Shown piece after piece: positions 47,010 to 60,710 of a stretch of 64,000 bases of DNA. The notes beneath the pieces were generated by a model, which saw nothing but the letters and a program-made list of their open reading frames with translations, had not been told where the DNA came from and did no database searches. Positions within the stretch are counted from its first letter, which is position 1; the number at the start of each line of letters is the position of its first letter. Position numbers and translations under genes: made by a program. Origin of the DNA: the human T2T-CHM13v2.0 reference genome, Homo sapiens; the NCBI RefSeq assembly GCF_009914755.1, contig NC_060929.1; one strand, written 5' to 3'.

Positions 47010-47800
47010 AAAACTTTATTGCTTGCTTGTTATTTGAGAATTTTAGGCCTTTTACCTAACAAATGAAAAACAACTTGGCTAGCTAAAATATGTTTGGGTC
47101 TGTCTTTCCTCAGAACAATGTTAATACATTTGCCTATTGCTGAGGAAAATGTTAAACTATTATGATTTTTTTTTCATTATAGAAGGTGACTTGTACTTTC
47201 TACTCTGATACCTAATGATGCATTTTTTAAAGCTTAATAATACAACTAAGGCATATCTTGTTTATCATGCTGTAATAATTTTTTGACCTAGATTTGCTTT
47301 TCAATCTCCTGATTCACTTATGCCATTAATTCAGGATTTTTTTCTATTTTTTTATTTTTATTATTACTATGTTCTTCTATCCTGTAATTTAGCAACAAAT
47401 TTTATATATGTTAGCTGTACATATTTTGTCTCTACTACTGCTTTGATCTCTTTGTCTTATGTGTTCACTGATTATATTGTCTTTCTTCCTTGAAATTATG
47501 TAATTCATATTTAATTAAATTAATTTATTTAATTTTATTTTGTCACTTACTGTTTCTAGTTCATCTTTTAGTTTCATAAAGGCAGATTTTGGACCTCTGG
47601 TTGTTTCCTGAACTCTAGAAATTGTCTTTGTATCTCATTTTGGTGTTCATTTCCTGGATTTAATCTCTTGATTTATTCAATTTGTGCTTTTATTAACTTC
47701 AACAATGTAAAATAATAATGTGAAATTTTCTTTTGTTTTAATTATGTTTTCTCTTCAACTGAATACTCTGTATTTTCCATTCTATATTTCTTTCTCTTTA
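47010..47800 (-). mobile_element. Old L1M ORF1-region remnant
   Basis: T-rich antisense L1-like sequence; boundaries approximate. Confidence 0.4.
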
Positions 47801-48399
47801 GGACTGGGGGAGAAGGCTGTTGTATTTACCCAGTCACTCATCTGCATCTTTTCAGTTTGCTCATGCTAAAGTGAGCTGATCTATGAGAAGAATGATGAAT
47901 TTTTCCTCATTCAATTCCCACCTTATCTGAAACCTGCTTATCTTCCTCTGAGACAATTTGCGTGATTATTTGCGTGATTAACAATAGTGTTTCATCCATT
48001 TTAATGTAGTTCATTCATATTACTATAGCTTGAGGCCATGAGACTAATCGGAAAAGTTTATGTAGGGATTTATACGGTATTTTGAGAAGAGGGAGCTTCA
48101 CTTTCTCATCAAAGATTGTATTGAATGTTATTAGAATCCACAACATTATGTTCTTATGTGTATATATTGGGCACCAAAGCAGGATAACCTATTCTAAGTT
48201 GCTTACCTCAGGATACCGGTAACTCTTCTATTATACTTTAAAGCTATAGGTTTATTTCAGTTCCACTTTTTATGTCCCATCCCACTAATCTATCCCTAGT
48301 GGTTCATTTTCTGTCAGAGCCACAGGCCTACCCAATAAATTCTGATTCAGTGTATGTAGTAGAGACTACAATTTGTACTTTTCCAGTAATTGTTTCTTT

Positions 48400-49440
48400 A
48401 TATATTTTTCAGCCCTATACCCTTTCTGTAACTCCAATTACACATATTTTAGCCCACTTGATAATTGCCCCACGTTATGATATTCTGTTCATTTTTTTCA
48501 GTCTTTTTCTTTCCATTTTTTTTAAATTTTTACTTTAAGTTCTTTCTGTGCTTTTATTTGCAGATTTTATATTGACATATCTTTACTTTCATTGCTCTTT
48601 TTTTTCCTGCAGTGGCTAATCTGCTGTTAATCCCATCCAGTGTATTTTTCATACCAGACATTGTATTTTTGATCTCTAGAAATTTGATTTGCATCTCTTT
48701 TATGCCTTCTATGTCTTTATTATTCTCATGTCTTCTACTACCTTCTTAAATGTATATAGTATATTTAAATAGCTGTTTTATTATTCTTGTGTACCAATTC
48801 TATCAGCTGTTACTTTTCAGGGTCTCTTTCTGTTGATTGATTCTCCCAGACACCCCCCACTCGCCTCATTATGGATCACATTTTGCTGCTTCTTTGCTTG
48901 CTAGATAAGTTTTTATTACATGTCAGAGATTGGACATCTTATGATGTTTACACATTTAAATATTGTAAATATTTTTAGGAATTTGTTCTGGGAAACAGAT
49001 AAGTTACTTGAAAACAATTTGAACTTTTTGAACTGGTGTTTAAGCTTTGTCAGACTGATACAGAACACCCTTTATTTTAGGGCTAACCTGGTTTCACTCT
49101 TGAGGCAATACTCTGCTAAGAACTTTGACAGCATGTATGTTAAGAGGTCTTTCCATTTTTGTTTGTGAACTATTCTTGGTTCTGTATGATCCTTAAACAT
49201 TGTTCTACCTGTTGCTTTATGTTGATTCTTCTCCCAGCAATGGTTATTTACCCTGAACACATGAATTTATCAGTACTTTGCTGTTGACTCAAGGGGAGTC
49301 CCCTGTACATCTGCTCAGTGCTACTACCCCTCCTAGCCCCCGATCCCCACTTACTTTTCTCTTTTTCTCATGCATTGTTTAGGCAGAAGGTAAATTAGGT
49401 CCCTGTCACTTCACCATGCCTGGAAGCAGAAGTCTTCTCA
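48400..49440 (-). mobile_element. Old L1M 5'/ORF1 remnant
   Basis: 'ctaatctgctgttaatcccatccagtgtatttttcat..cagacattgtattttt..tctctagaa.tttgattt'. Confidence 0.65.
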
Positions 49441-49779
49441 CCATACAATTTAATCAAAATGTTTCAAAGAGGACTTGCTTTGGACCCAACTATTTTGCAG
49501 AAATGGTTACCAAAGGTAAAATTGTAGCAACAAAGAGAAAAATCTCTGGTATCATCTTTAGATCCTGGTGAAGGAAGAAAAGGGGAGTAAGGAGGGATGT
49601 CTCCCAGCAGCATTATGTCCTCCTCACAGCTCTTTCTATGCCACCACACTCAAGACTCTAATTTCACCTCTCTACCCTCTTATTTCACCCACCCCCAACT
49701 TTTAGCATGTAGGCCTTACATATCTAACAAATATGATGAATGAGACTGTCCATGCCTGGTGATGGAAACTACAGAGAAA

Positions 49780-50030
49780 AATATATATATATACACATAT
49801 ACATAATATATACACATATATAATATATATACATATACATATATATACACATATATATACATATGTGTATGTATATACATATATACATATGTGTGTATAT
49901 ATGTATATACATATATATACATATATGTATAGATGTATATATACGTATGTATGTGTATATATATATACACATACATACGTATATATACATCTATACATAT
50001 ATATAATATATATATAAATATGTATATATA
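49780..50030. repeat. Compound (TA)n/(TACA)n/(TATG)n microsatellite, ~250 bp
   Basis: Direct reading; source of the Y/I/H-rich spurious ORFs. Confidence 0.97.
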
Positions 50031-51018
50031 TCCTTATTTTCACTTCAGTTGGTAGGAGAGGAGATGAGGTGTGTTTGACAGTTGACTTTGGAATTGCATG
50101 GAGAGGCTTTGACGGCCTTTCCTTTATATATCATCCAATGCATAATAACTTAACTTGGGAATTTTAGTTTCTTCTTCTCTGACATTAAACTCTTGAATCA
50201 CACAACATCCAAATAAATGACCATTGTAGTTCTGTCATCAGTGCAGACATGCTCTGGGAGCCATTTAAAGGATTAGAGCCACATCAGAACCTCGTTTAAG
50301 CACAATTTACTTTCTAAAGCCGTATCACCCTGATTAGCTAAATTAGTAGTTCCTAAAGAGGTCTCCTGATTTTAAATGAGTCACTTTACTTGTAATGTTT
50401 TGCAATAAGCCTTAATTTACTGACACCTTCTTCTACAATTCTGATTCACGGGTGTTTTCTAAAGTCCGATAGAATAATTGGTTCTCAAGAAAATAATACT
50501 ACTTTGAAAATAGACTAGAACACAGCTTGTCTTTCTATGCTCCATCTGCTCAACCTCATCTTATTAAATTCTAGGAAATCTACACACTGAGTTTTAAAAT
50601 GCCATGTTGGACTCCTGAGTTTTTTTAATGTGTTATTTCTTTGATTGCATTTGTTGACATTTTAGTGTCAAAATATGAAGGTCTAAGTTCTAATTAGAGA
50701 AGCACTGGCCATAGTTGTGCAACACTTGAGATTTTCATCAAATTCCTAAGTTGAGAGTATCATAAAGCTGGGTTTCTGAAGCAAGTATTTTATTTGGATG
50801 AAGTTTGACTCAAGCTGGTCAGCATCAGTCCCAAACTTGACCAATTCAAAGAGCAACCACTTAGAGAAATTACAATGCATGACCTCAACACATAGTTATA
50901 AGATATGACTTAGTAATGATTTCAGCTATAGCTTGTTTTAGGAAAATAACATGGTGATTAGCAGTATGAGCTTGGTCCTTTGATGCCATAATTGGGGTAA
51001 TATTTAACCTACTTTAAA

Positions 51019-51040
51019 CACACACACACACACACACACA
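51019..51040. repeat. (CA)n microsatellite
   Basis: Direct reading. Confidence 0.95.
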
Positions 51041-51274
51041 ATCATAAGCATGCCTTTTCTGAAATATTCTGAAGAGATGATGCACTTGGGATTGAGGAGA
51101 AAAAAATGCAAAGATAGAAAACCTCAATATTTAGCTTTATACTCAATGCTACCCCTTTAAACTAATGATAGTTAATTTTCTCTTGGTGGGCATTAATCAG
51201 TCTACCAGAAGTTACCCATGATATGAAAGCATCATGAAGCATTAGGCCTGAAAGAAGTCATTAAAATCATCTCT

Positions 51275-51400
51275 AGTCCAATTTTCTCTCTTGACAAATG
51301 ATATCCCAAGGCCGGCCTAAATCCAGGCAAATAAACATGAAAAGCAATGGAGTTAAGTCCAGGTCTTCCAACTGCCAGTCCAGTGCTCTGTCTCCCTGTA
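51275..51400 (-). mobile_element. MIR3/MIR fragment
   Basis: 'atctctagtccaatt', 'ccaggtcttccaactgccagtccagtgctct'. Confidence 0.55.
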
Positions 51401-51802
51401 TACTAACCAGGGTGAGGAGAAAGTATTTATTCAAAGGAATGACAGCTGAGTCAGGGTACTGATGATTAATACTGTACAACTAATAGCAGTCTCACTGAGT
51501 GATGGGAGTAAAGATGCATTTTTCTGCTATTCTGCAGATTTCAAATTTTAAATTAGCACAAGTTATTTTTAATATTGGCTACAAAATTAATTGAGCAAAG
51601 CTTTCATGGTAGTCTACCGAATTTAAAAAATACATTTGAAAAGATAGCAATTTTATACTTGGATTGAGATTTTTAGAGTTCACAAAAATATCTTATTTGA
51701 GAAATATTTGTAGCAAGTCTTGGAATTCAGATAAAATTTCATAATAGCAGCATTATTATGCTTGCTTGTTTTTAGATTTAGGGCACATTTGTTGTGAGAG
51801 AC

Positions 51803-51803
<1 letters not shown>

Positions 51804-51840
<37 letters not shown>
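51804..51840. repeat. (GT)18 microsatellite
   Basis: Direct reading. Confidence 0.97.
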
Positions 51841-51841
<1 letters not shown>

Positions 51842-52028
51842 CGATAGCTCAGAATTGATCTTGATGTATATCTTATGGCCAGACATGTGGTAGCAATGCC
51901 TGGTGATATAGTGGCCTTTCCTTTTGCCTTCTTCAATCAATTCAACTGGCCATGATAACCCTATAACCTAGCTAACCCCTTATTATTTCAGAGAAAATTC
52001 TGACTTAGTTTTAATATTCAACTAGTGG

Positions 52029-52417
52029 TTGTGAATAATAATTTTATGTATCAACTTGACTGGGCCATGGAGTACTCAGATATTTGCTCAAACATTATTT
52101 CAGATGTTAGTGTTATTTCAAGTATTTTTGGATGAGAAAAACATTTTAATTTGTAGACTAAGTAAAGCAGATTATCCTTCCTAATGTGGTGACCTCATTC
52201 AATCACTTGAAGGCCTCAATAGAATTTAAAAGGTTAACCTTCCTCCGAGAGAGAGAATTCTTCCTTCCTGGCAACCTTCAAACTGAGACACGAGCTTTTT
52301 CCTCAAATTCTAATGGAGACATCAGCTCTGTTCTTGGGAATTACCAGCCTCAATAATCATGTGAGCCAATTCCTTATTTCTCCTAGTGATCCTGTTTCTC
52401 TGAAGAAGCCTATATAT
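52029..52417 (+). mobile_element. MLT2 (ERVL) solo LTR
   Basis: 'aattttatgtatcaacttgactgggccatgg..tactcagatatttg.tcaaacattatt', 'ctaagtaaagcagatt'. Confidence 0.85.
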
Positions 52418-52789
52418 AATGTTTTCCCCCAATTTTCCAAAATATGAAAGGTAGCTTTTGAATGGCAAGTTTGAAAATTAAGCAATAAAACATATTTCTA
52501 GCTTGTCATGAGAAATAAAATTATTAGCCTACAAATTTTAACAGTTTAATTTAAGCAAAAATATACAATGGATAGTTCATTTACTCATATGTAATAAGAT
52601 AGGCAAGAATAGAATGCTTAAAAGCAAAAATTAGGGACAAAGAAGTACATTTATTAAAATATAGTAGTTGAAATTTGAACGTGTCAAATAATTAGAAGAT
52701 AAAGTTGAGTAAATCCCCAAGAAAGTAAAGCAAAAACAAAGATTTTTCAATTAAGAGACAAAATATATCTAGATTGCTTCCCTCTTTCT

Positions 52790-53075
52790 TCCTCTCCCCT
52801 GCTTTGCCCACATAAATCTTATGCATTGTCTATACTCAATTCAAAGTCCCGAAGTCATCCTGCACTCACCACCACCACCACCTTTCCAATTCCCTTCAGA
52901 ATGGACTAGATCTCTCTCTCTCTTTCCACACTAGCCTGCTCAGTCCTTAGCTATGCCACTTGTTGTTGTTCTACAATGATCTTTCCTCAGGTGAAGATCA
53001 TGAGGACATATTCACCTTTGTATCACTAGCATCTATCACCATGCCTAGTACACAGTAGACACATAATAAATGCAA
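52790..53075 (+). mobile_element. L2 3' fragment
   Basis: 'attcacctttgtatcactagcatctatcaccatgcctagtacacagtagac.cataataaatg'. Confidence 0.65.
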
Positions 53076-53077
53076 CA

Positions 53078-53205
53078 GAATTTTCATTTGAAAATATGGA
53101 GAGTAATACCAAGCCTGTAAAGTGCTATTAGGAGGGTTAAAGATAATGCCATGAAACATCCAGCACATATTTTGGTCCATATAGTAAGCGCTCAACAAAT
53201 TGAAA
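53078..53205 (+). mobile_element. MIR 3' half
   Basis: 'ttttcatttgaaaatatggagagtaatacc...catatagtaagcgctcaacaaat'. Confidence 0.65.
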
Positions 53206-54615
53206 TGAACAGTGTGGTAGTGTTATTGGAACTGGTAGTGAAAGCAAAATTGAACACAGAAAAGGTGATGATTTAACAGGATGTGGTAATAGTAGTAGCA
53301 AGTGCTATTAGTAATCTGCTAGTAGTAACTGTGCTAATTGGAGAGACACATATGGAAAAGGAATAAAAGTAGTACTTGTCAGGGGGTCAGCATATTCCAT
53401 AAGAGGGGACTTCCATTAGAGAGATAATAAAAGGAAGGAAGATTATCCCTGACCTCTACCTGTCTTTCTTGTGCCTTTGGACCTGCTACTTACAGATACA
53501 TGTCATGTTACATCCTACCTTCCAAAGCCTCTGCTACCCTCTCTAAAGTCTATGATGAGAAATCTTGCTTTTATTATGACATCTAGCAGGGGAACCTTAG
53601 GAAGCAGTGTTTATGACCAGTGTGAATCTTTCCAAGTAGCTAAGTCTGTTCTTTTCCCACTCACACCAACTCTTGGTGCTGGTTCACCCCTCACAGTTTG
53701 CTCTGACCCCAAACCAGGTCATTTATAGCCAAATCTTGACGTACAACACCTTGAAGTCTTAGTATATCAAAGGAGATACCTACTTCAAGTATAATAATCT
53801 AGCACTTGTCACTTTATAAACTGTCTGTTCATAAAATAGAGACAATGATCTTAGAGAAGAAAGTAATGGAGTTAGGAAGTTAAACTTTGGGGGGAAGTGT
53901 TCATTTCAATTCAATGGTATCTATTCAATTTCCATTGTGTACTGGGTATGCCAGTAGATGCTACAGAGGATACTAAGGTAAATTTGACAATTCTGATTCT
54001 CAAGCCACTTAAAATTGTATCAAATAAGATGAAGTTCAACAATTTCATTTTAAAAAATCTGACTTCCAAAATTCATGTCTTAGCTTAATAGCTGTTATGA
54101 TGTGTTGTCATTTAACGTAACTAACTCAGCATAAGCAGCAAGAAAACTTTCCCAATTGTACAGAGACTTTTAAGCCCTGGAGAAAAGCAGCACTTTGAGG
54201 AATAATATTTTATTAGTTTAAAAGTAACTAGCCATTTTTCACTTATGTGTGGTACATACATTCTTCCTCACTTATAAACTTGTGTACAGATAGGCTGGAA
54301 TCCCTGAATAAGCGTACACAACTTTCTAACAGTTATTTGTCTTCAGAAGTCCTTCTAGGCCCACATTAATAATGACGGAAATTTCACTAGTTCATAACTA
54401 TCTCAGATAAGACCAGTTGTCCTCTTTAACTCTTTAATTCTTCTCCTTTAACTTGCCAAATTAGTAAGTTGAATTCTTTTGGAATTACATATTTAAGCCT
54501 TCTAAAATCTGTGCCTGCAATGTTAGCCCTACTGTTATTTCAAGGCCAACATTTACTAAGGTAGGAGCACTTAAGAAACCTCAGAATGCTACCCCCTTTC
54601 TCTTCTGCCCTCACA

Positions 54616-54616
<1 letters not shown>

Positions 54617-54655
<39 letters not shown>
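54617..54655. repeat. (CA)n microsatellite, interrupted
   Basis: Direct reading. Confidence 0.95.
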
Positions 54656-55212
54656 CCTCTATAGTCTTGAAGTGTGAAACAGTATTACAGGATCTAATTG
54701 AATTATTCTTGACACTTTAAGTGATGGTCATTCGGCCCTCATCTCAGCTCAGATGCATTCTCTAACTTGCTATATACAATGGATTCTGCATTGTAATGTT
54801 TCTTATTGGTTTCTGTTCTAGTCCCTGTTTTAGGGAGCTTATCCATTTCCTACCCTGATCTCATCCATACGCCTCTGTTTGAAAACTTTTTTGTCTCATA
54901 GTAAGGACTTCTTAGAGTAACAAAGCTATTTAGAGTAACTGTCATATAATTATGAAAGAACCCCTGAAAAAGTAAAACAATAAAATTTAAAAGGCCAGTT
55001 TTTTTTCCTTATGGAATTGATTTAGCTTGCAAAATACTTACTCTATTGATCTTACTTTTCTAAAATCCAAAAGGGTCTGAATTGCAGGACAAAGCTGGTC
55101 CTGGAGTTTCTAGTGCAAAACTATGGCCTGTAATTCACACCTAGAACAGTCCCATCAAATTGCCATGACATAATAGATCTGACTTGTCGCCTTGATAGCC
55201 CTTTAATTTCTT

Positions 55213-55516
<304 letters not shown>

Positions 55517-55752
55517 TTAATTTCTTATTATAAATGTTGCCTTTCAATTTCTTGCTTACCAAGCAAAACGCCTATTTGCTGACATCTGAAACATTCTGCC
55601 TCGTCAGCTAGTGACCACTGCCACCAGCCTCATTGCTATTCAGTGAGAGGCCTGCCATATGTTTGCAATATTCTGTCTATTCTCTGGGAAGAGAGTGGCA
55701 AGACCCAGGAGCAAACTTGTGAGGGAGAAAGGGAGCAAAGATGCATAAGCCC

Positions 55753-56123
55753 ATCTTAGACTGCTCAGGTTGCCCTAACAAAATACCACAGACTGGGTGA
55801 CTTAAAGAACAGTCATGTATTTTCTCACAGTTCTAAAGCCGGAAGTTCAGGATGAAGCAGTCATCAGGGACAGTGCCTGGCAAAGGCTCATTTCTTGGGT
55901 TGCAGATGGCCACTTTCTCCCTGTGTCCTCACAGGGAACAGAGAGAGCTCTTCCTCTGCTTACAAGAGCACCAGCCCTATCAGATTAGAGCTCTAACCTT
56001 ACGACCTCATTTAACCTTTATCACCTTCTCAAAAACTCTATCTCCAAATATAGTGACATGGAGGGTTAGGGCTTCAACATATGAACATAAGGGAGGAGGG
56101 GCACACAATTCCCCCCATAGAAA
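55753..56123 (-). mobile_element. MLT1A/B-type MaLR solo LTR
   Basis: 'aacaaaataccacagactgggtgacttaa', 'tctccaaatatagtgacat..agggttagggcttcaacatatgaa'. Confidence 0.85.
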
Positions 56124-56191
56124 CACCTGATAAAACAAGAGAGATGATTGAGAAAAAATAAATCATCAGAGGTAATATTTGAGGGTTTTTT

Positions 56192-56700
56192 GACTTTTAT
56201 TTTAAATTTATGGTTACAAATGCAGGTTTGTTACATAGGTAGTGTCATAGGAGTTGGTTGTGCAGATTATTTAATCACCCAGGTATTAAGCCTAGTATCC
56301 ATTAGTTATTCTTCTGATCCTCTCCTTCCTCCCACCCTCCAGCCTCCAAAAGGCCCCAGTATGTGTTGTTCCCCACTACGTGTCCATGCATTCTCATCAT
56401 TTAGCTCCCACTTATAAATGGAAATGTGTGGTATTTGGTTTTTTGTTCCTTTGTTAGTTTGCTAAAATTAATGGCCTCCAGCTCCACCCATGTCTCTGCA
56501 AGGGACATGATCTCATTCATTTTTATGGCTGCATAGTATTCCATGGCATATATGTACCACATTTTCTTTATCCAGTCTATTATTGATGGGCATTTAGGTT
56601 GATTCCACATCGTGCTATTGTGAGTAGTGCTGCAGTGAACATATGCATGCATGTGTCTTTATAATGGAATGATTTAAATTACTGGGTATATACCTAAAGG
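56192..56700 (-). mobile_element. L1PA8A-PA11-type 3' end with tiny 5' inversion, TSD core aatatttgag
   Basis: 'cagattatttaatcacccaggtattaagcctagt'; TSD 56174-56183 / 56701-56710. Confidence 0.9.
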
Positions 56701-57329
56701 AATATTTGAGTTTTTTTTATAATACAGTAAACAAATGAGAAAGTAATGGCATAAATGAAAAAAAAAATGTGCATCATATAAAAAAATAGTAAAACAGTGC
56801 AGGCTCAGTCACTGTCAGGCCAGATGAAACAGAAAGTCATGTATTTAGCATATGTCATTCCATGGCTGAGTGTAAACTACAAAGGGCAGTGTGCTGTATG
56901 TCAAAGGTCTGAATGCCTAGAGATTTTCTCTCAAGGTTTGTAGATAGTTGTATTGAAGGTTATAGCTCATTATCTACAAGCCAGCTATTGTTACAGAAAA
57001 CACACATCTACCTAGAGCTGCGTAAATAATCCATTCCCTCAACCCACATATCTACAACTTGTTCTAGGGGCCCCAGGGGCAAGGGGGACTCAGAAAACGG
57101 AAAAAGAGAATGGGAGAAAGGGGAGGGGAAGAAAGGAAAAAAAGAGAAGCAGAACTTCCATGGCCAATTTCTACTCCTAGCACTAAACAAAGTCATTTCC
57201 TGGAAGATACAGAATGGTTCAAGATTATTAACTAGCGGAAATGTGACCTTGCAGGCCCAGAATACCGCTGCAGTGACAATTATTAAATCATGATGAGAAT
57301 GATCTATATATCCTGGCCGAAAGCCAAAT

Positions 57330-57870
57330 ATGCTTACAGCAATTTAAAACTATGTCTACAAAATCTTTGCTTCTTCTCTGAAAGGTGAGGTCTCATTTCT
57401 CTTCCCTTGAATGAAAAATGTGCTTGGTGATTTGCTTTTAATAAATAAACAGTGGTGGAAGTGACAGTATGTGGCTTCCAGGCCTAGATCATACAAGGCA
57501 TTGTGTCTCCCTTGCACTCTCTTCAGATCGTCCACTCTGGGAGGAGCCAGCTGTCATGTTGATAGGACACACCAACAGCCCTAAGGAGAGTGCAGTGAGG
57601 AACTGAGACCTCCTGCCAAATGCCAGCAAGGAACTGAAGCCTGCTGCTGACAGTCCTGTGAGTATGGCATCTTGGAAGTGGATCTTCCCAACTATGCCCT
57701 CATGAGAGACCCTAGAAAAAAACACACAACTAAAGTGTTCCTGAACGCTTCACCTACAGAAACTGAGACCATAATTGTTTGTTTTAAGCTTCTAAGTTTA
57801 AACTGCTAAATTTACTAAATGAAAGAGTAAATATTTGTTATTTTAAGCTGCAGTAATATATAACTAATGA
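57330..57870 (+). mobile_element. MLT1E/F-type MaLR LTR
   Basis: 'ggaagtgacagtatgtggcttccaggcctagatcata.aagg', 'gaggaactgagacctcctgccaa', 'catcttggaagtggatctt'. Confidence 0.8.
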
Positions 57871-57879
57871 TATCTCATA

Positions 57880-58238
57880 TGTCTGCGTCTGTTCAGGCTG
57901 CTGTAACAAAATACAATAAACTAGGTAGCTTATAAACAACAGAAATTTGTTTCTCACAGTTCTTGAGGCTGGAAGTTTCAGGCACCAGCAGATTGGGTGT
58001 CTGGTAAGGGCCTGCTTCTTGGTTCCCAGAATGGCAGCTCCTTGCTGTATCTTCACATGGTGGAATGGGGGAAGAGAGTTCTCTGAGGCATGTTATGTAG
58101 GGCCACTAATGCCATTAATGAGGGCTCCACTTTCACAGTCTAAGCACTTCCCAAGGTCTCACCTCTTAATACCATCACATTGGTAGTTAGGATTCAACAT
58201 ACGAATTTTGGAGAGGCACAAACATTCAATTCATGACA
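57880..58238 (-). mobile_element. MLT1A/MSTD-type MaLR solo LTR
   Basis: 'tgtctgcgtctgttcaggctgctgtaacaaaatac...acaaacattcaattcatgaca'. Confidence 0.85.
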
Positions 58239-59683
58239 ATATTTAATATATCTAATAACTAATATATAGTATATATTTAGTAATGTAAAATATCTAATAA
58301 CTAATATAATAGCTAATATTTAAAAGAAGGGAAATTGTTTATTGACTAACAAAGCATTGATCAGGTTTCATTTGTGTTTCTATTATCAACTCCACTTATG
58401 TATTTAACTTAATCATTCTGCTTTCATCCCAGTCAATGGTGCCTATCAGTGGATGAAAAGGTGACTAAATTTAATAAGTCCTTGAAACTTTTGCCTTTGA
58501 TTTTTGTAGCAGAAACCTTGGCCCAGTAAATGAGAATAAAGTCACAGTGTAAACAAATTAAAATTAATAGTAGGAAAAAGTAATTTTCTCATGTTCAAAT
58601 TCTTTTATTAGTTATAAAACAAGCCTGTCTTCAGTTTTCAACAACCCAATTTATATGATCTTCAGGTCAAGGATAACTATATTGCTATAGTAACTACACA
58701 TTAGGAAATATTTGGAATTATAAAAAGAATAACTACAAATTGGCTTCATATGAACCCTGATTGAAATAGACTGATAGGTTCCAAATATGTTAGGCCAAGA
58801 ATATTTTTTTCTAGTAAAACAATATAGAGAAAAATAATAAATTCAAAGCAGATCCTTGCCCCACCCACAGATCATCCCTGGGATACTTCAGTAATTTGGG
58901 GCCTGTAATATAATCATTTGTCTACTCCCTCAGAAAAGCTTAAAAAGAAGGTCTGGCATCATTAGATCTGTTTGGCTGGTCTCAGGAGTTAAAATCCCCG
59001 GACATAGAAATTGTTGAGCAGTTAGAAAGATGAGAAAAGCTCTGTTCTAAGGGCTAATCTAGTAAGAAGTTTACTATATTACCTGATTTTTTTTTAGAAA
59101 TATCAAAAGGAATATATTGCTCTTTTTTGCCTTTTAAGGACCATTAACTGCTAACTTGAGCTACTGAAGCCTTCCAGGCATCTTTTTCAAATGTGACTAA
59201 GTCTAAGGTTTAATGTCCAAAGGCCAGATCATTTATCAGGCCATTCTCCAGCAGGTAAGCTAGCAGAAACAAAGAGCATTGTGGGTAAACTGTGAAGGTG
59301 GCAAAAAAAGAATGCAAGGAGATTGTTGCTTAAGGCAGTGGTTCCAAATCCTGCCACTGCCAATATACAACCAAGTATTCCCTGAACCAGGGTCAAGTAA
59401 GAAGCATAAGGTAGATGACAGTTTTTATAAGTAGAAAAATCTATTCTATTGTTTTAAAACAGTCTTTTAATATAACTTATTAATCTCCTCTATTTGTTAG
59501 AGTGTTACAATACCCTTTGGTATATAAAGTGATAATTTTACTTGTGTGTTTTTTAAGTGTTCTCAGTGTGTAAAATAAAGTATAACAGCCTTTTGTGCTA
59601 CTACCTCATAAAATCTTACAGATGATCCATCAAATCCATGAGTCTGCAAATGACTGGCTGGTATTGAAAATTGTGAATGAGTG

Positions 59684-60036
59684 TGTATTCATTTGTTCTC
59701 ACATGGCTATGAAGAACTATCCAAGACTGAGTAATTTATAAAGGAAGAGGTTTAATTGATTCACAGGTCTACATTGCTGGGGAGGCTTCAGGAAACTTAC
59801 AATCATGGTGGAAGGCAAAGGAGAAGCAGGCACCGTCTTCACAGGGTGGCAGGACAGCATAAGTGCAAGCAGGGGAAATACCAGATGCTTATAAAACCAT
59901 CAGATGTCATGAGAACTCATGAAACCTCCCCCATGATCCAGTTAACTCCACCTGGTCCTGCCCTTGGCACATCGGAATTATGGGGGTTACAATTCAAGGT
60001 AAGATTTGGGTGCAGACACAGAGTCAAACCATATCA
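59684..60036 (-). mobile_element. THE1C/D MaLR solo LTR, TSD gagtg/gcgtg
   Basis: tgtattcatttgttctcac...aaaccatatca; sits in a (GAAT)n tract. Confidence 0.88.
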
Positions 60037-60584
60037 GCGTGAATCAATGAATGAATGAAGCAGTCAATTAACCAGTGAATGAATGAAAGCAACAATGGTA
60101 ATATGGAGTTGCTGGAAGCTAAGGCTGGGATCCGTCTTGAGTGGACAGAGGAAACTATAATTATCAGAGCCCTCTTTGGAATAAGGTGTTGTGAAGAGTC
60201 ACTAAGGACAAAATTTGCCTCTATCTACTTTACCGAAGATGGTAGTCTTATGATCTGTAAACTAGACTTATCTGATTCCAAGTGTCTTCATCTGACCTGC
60301 GACAAGGCATTTGGAAATTAAATCTGGGGTTATTGATTCTAGGGATACAAAACAGAAGCAGTCTTCAGAGCCTTCCAGACCACTTAACGTTCACGCACTT
60401 TGAGAATATATTTTGCAATCCATGCTGTCTAGGCCTCTCTTACTTTCCAAAAGGTATTCAGTATAACTTTTCAAGTCACTCAAAAAGAACCTCCTGCCAC
60501 TTAATCCCCTTTGTGGCTTCTTTCAGAAACTTTAAGCAGAATCAGTATTTCCATGAAGAAATTCAAAACAGTCAAAGCATTGAT

Positions 60585-60710
60585 AATACTAGCAGTAATA
60601 AGCTAATATTTATGGAATACCTACAACATATTGGGCACTTTTCTTAGCACTTTCTATATATTAAGACATTTACTCAGTCATCCTAGCAACCCTACAATAA
60701 AAGTTTTAGT
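60585..60710 (-). mobile_element. MIR 3' fragment
   Basis: 'taataagctaatatttatggaatacctac...gggcacttttct.agcacttt'. Confidence 0.6.

Noticed and set aside
49702-50043. Three Y/I/H-rich ORFs
   Set aside because: Translations of a TA microsatellite
59335-59660. Possible hAT-Charlie MITE starting cagtggttcc
   Set aside because: Second TIR and family not convincingly identified
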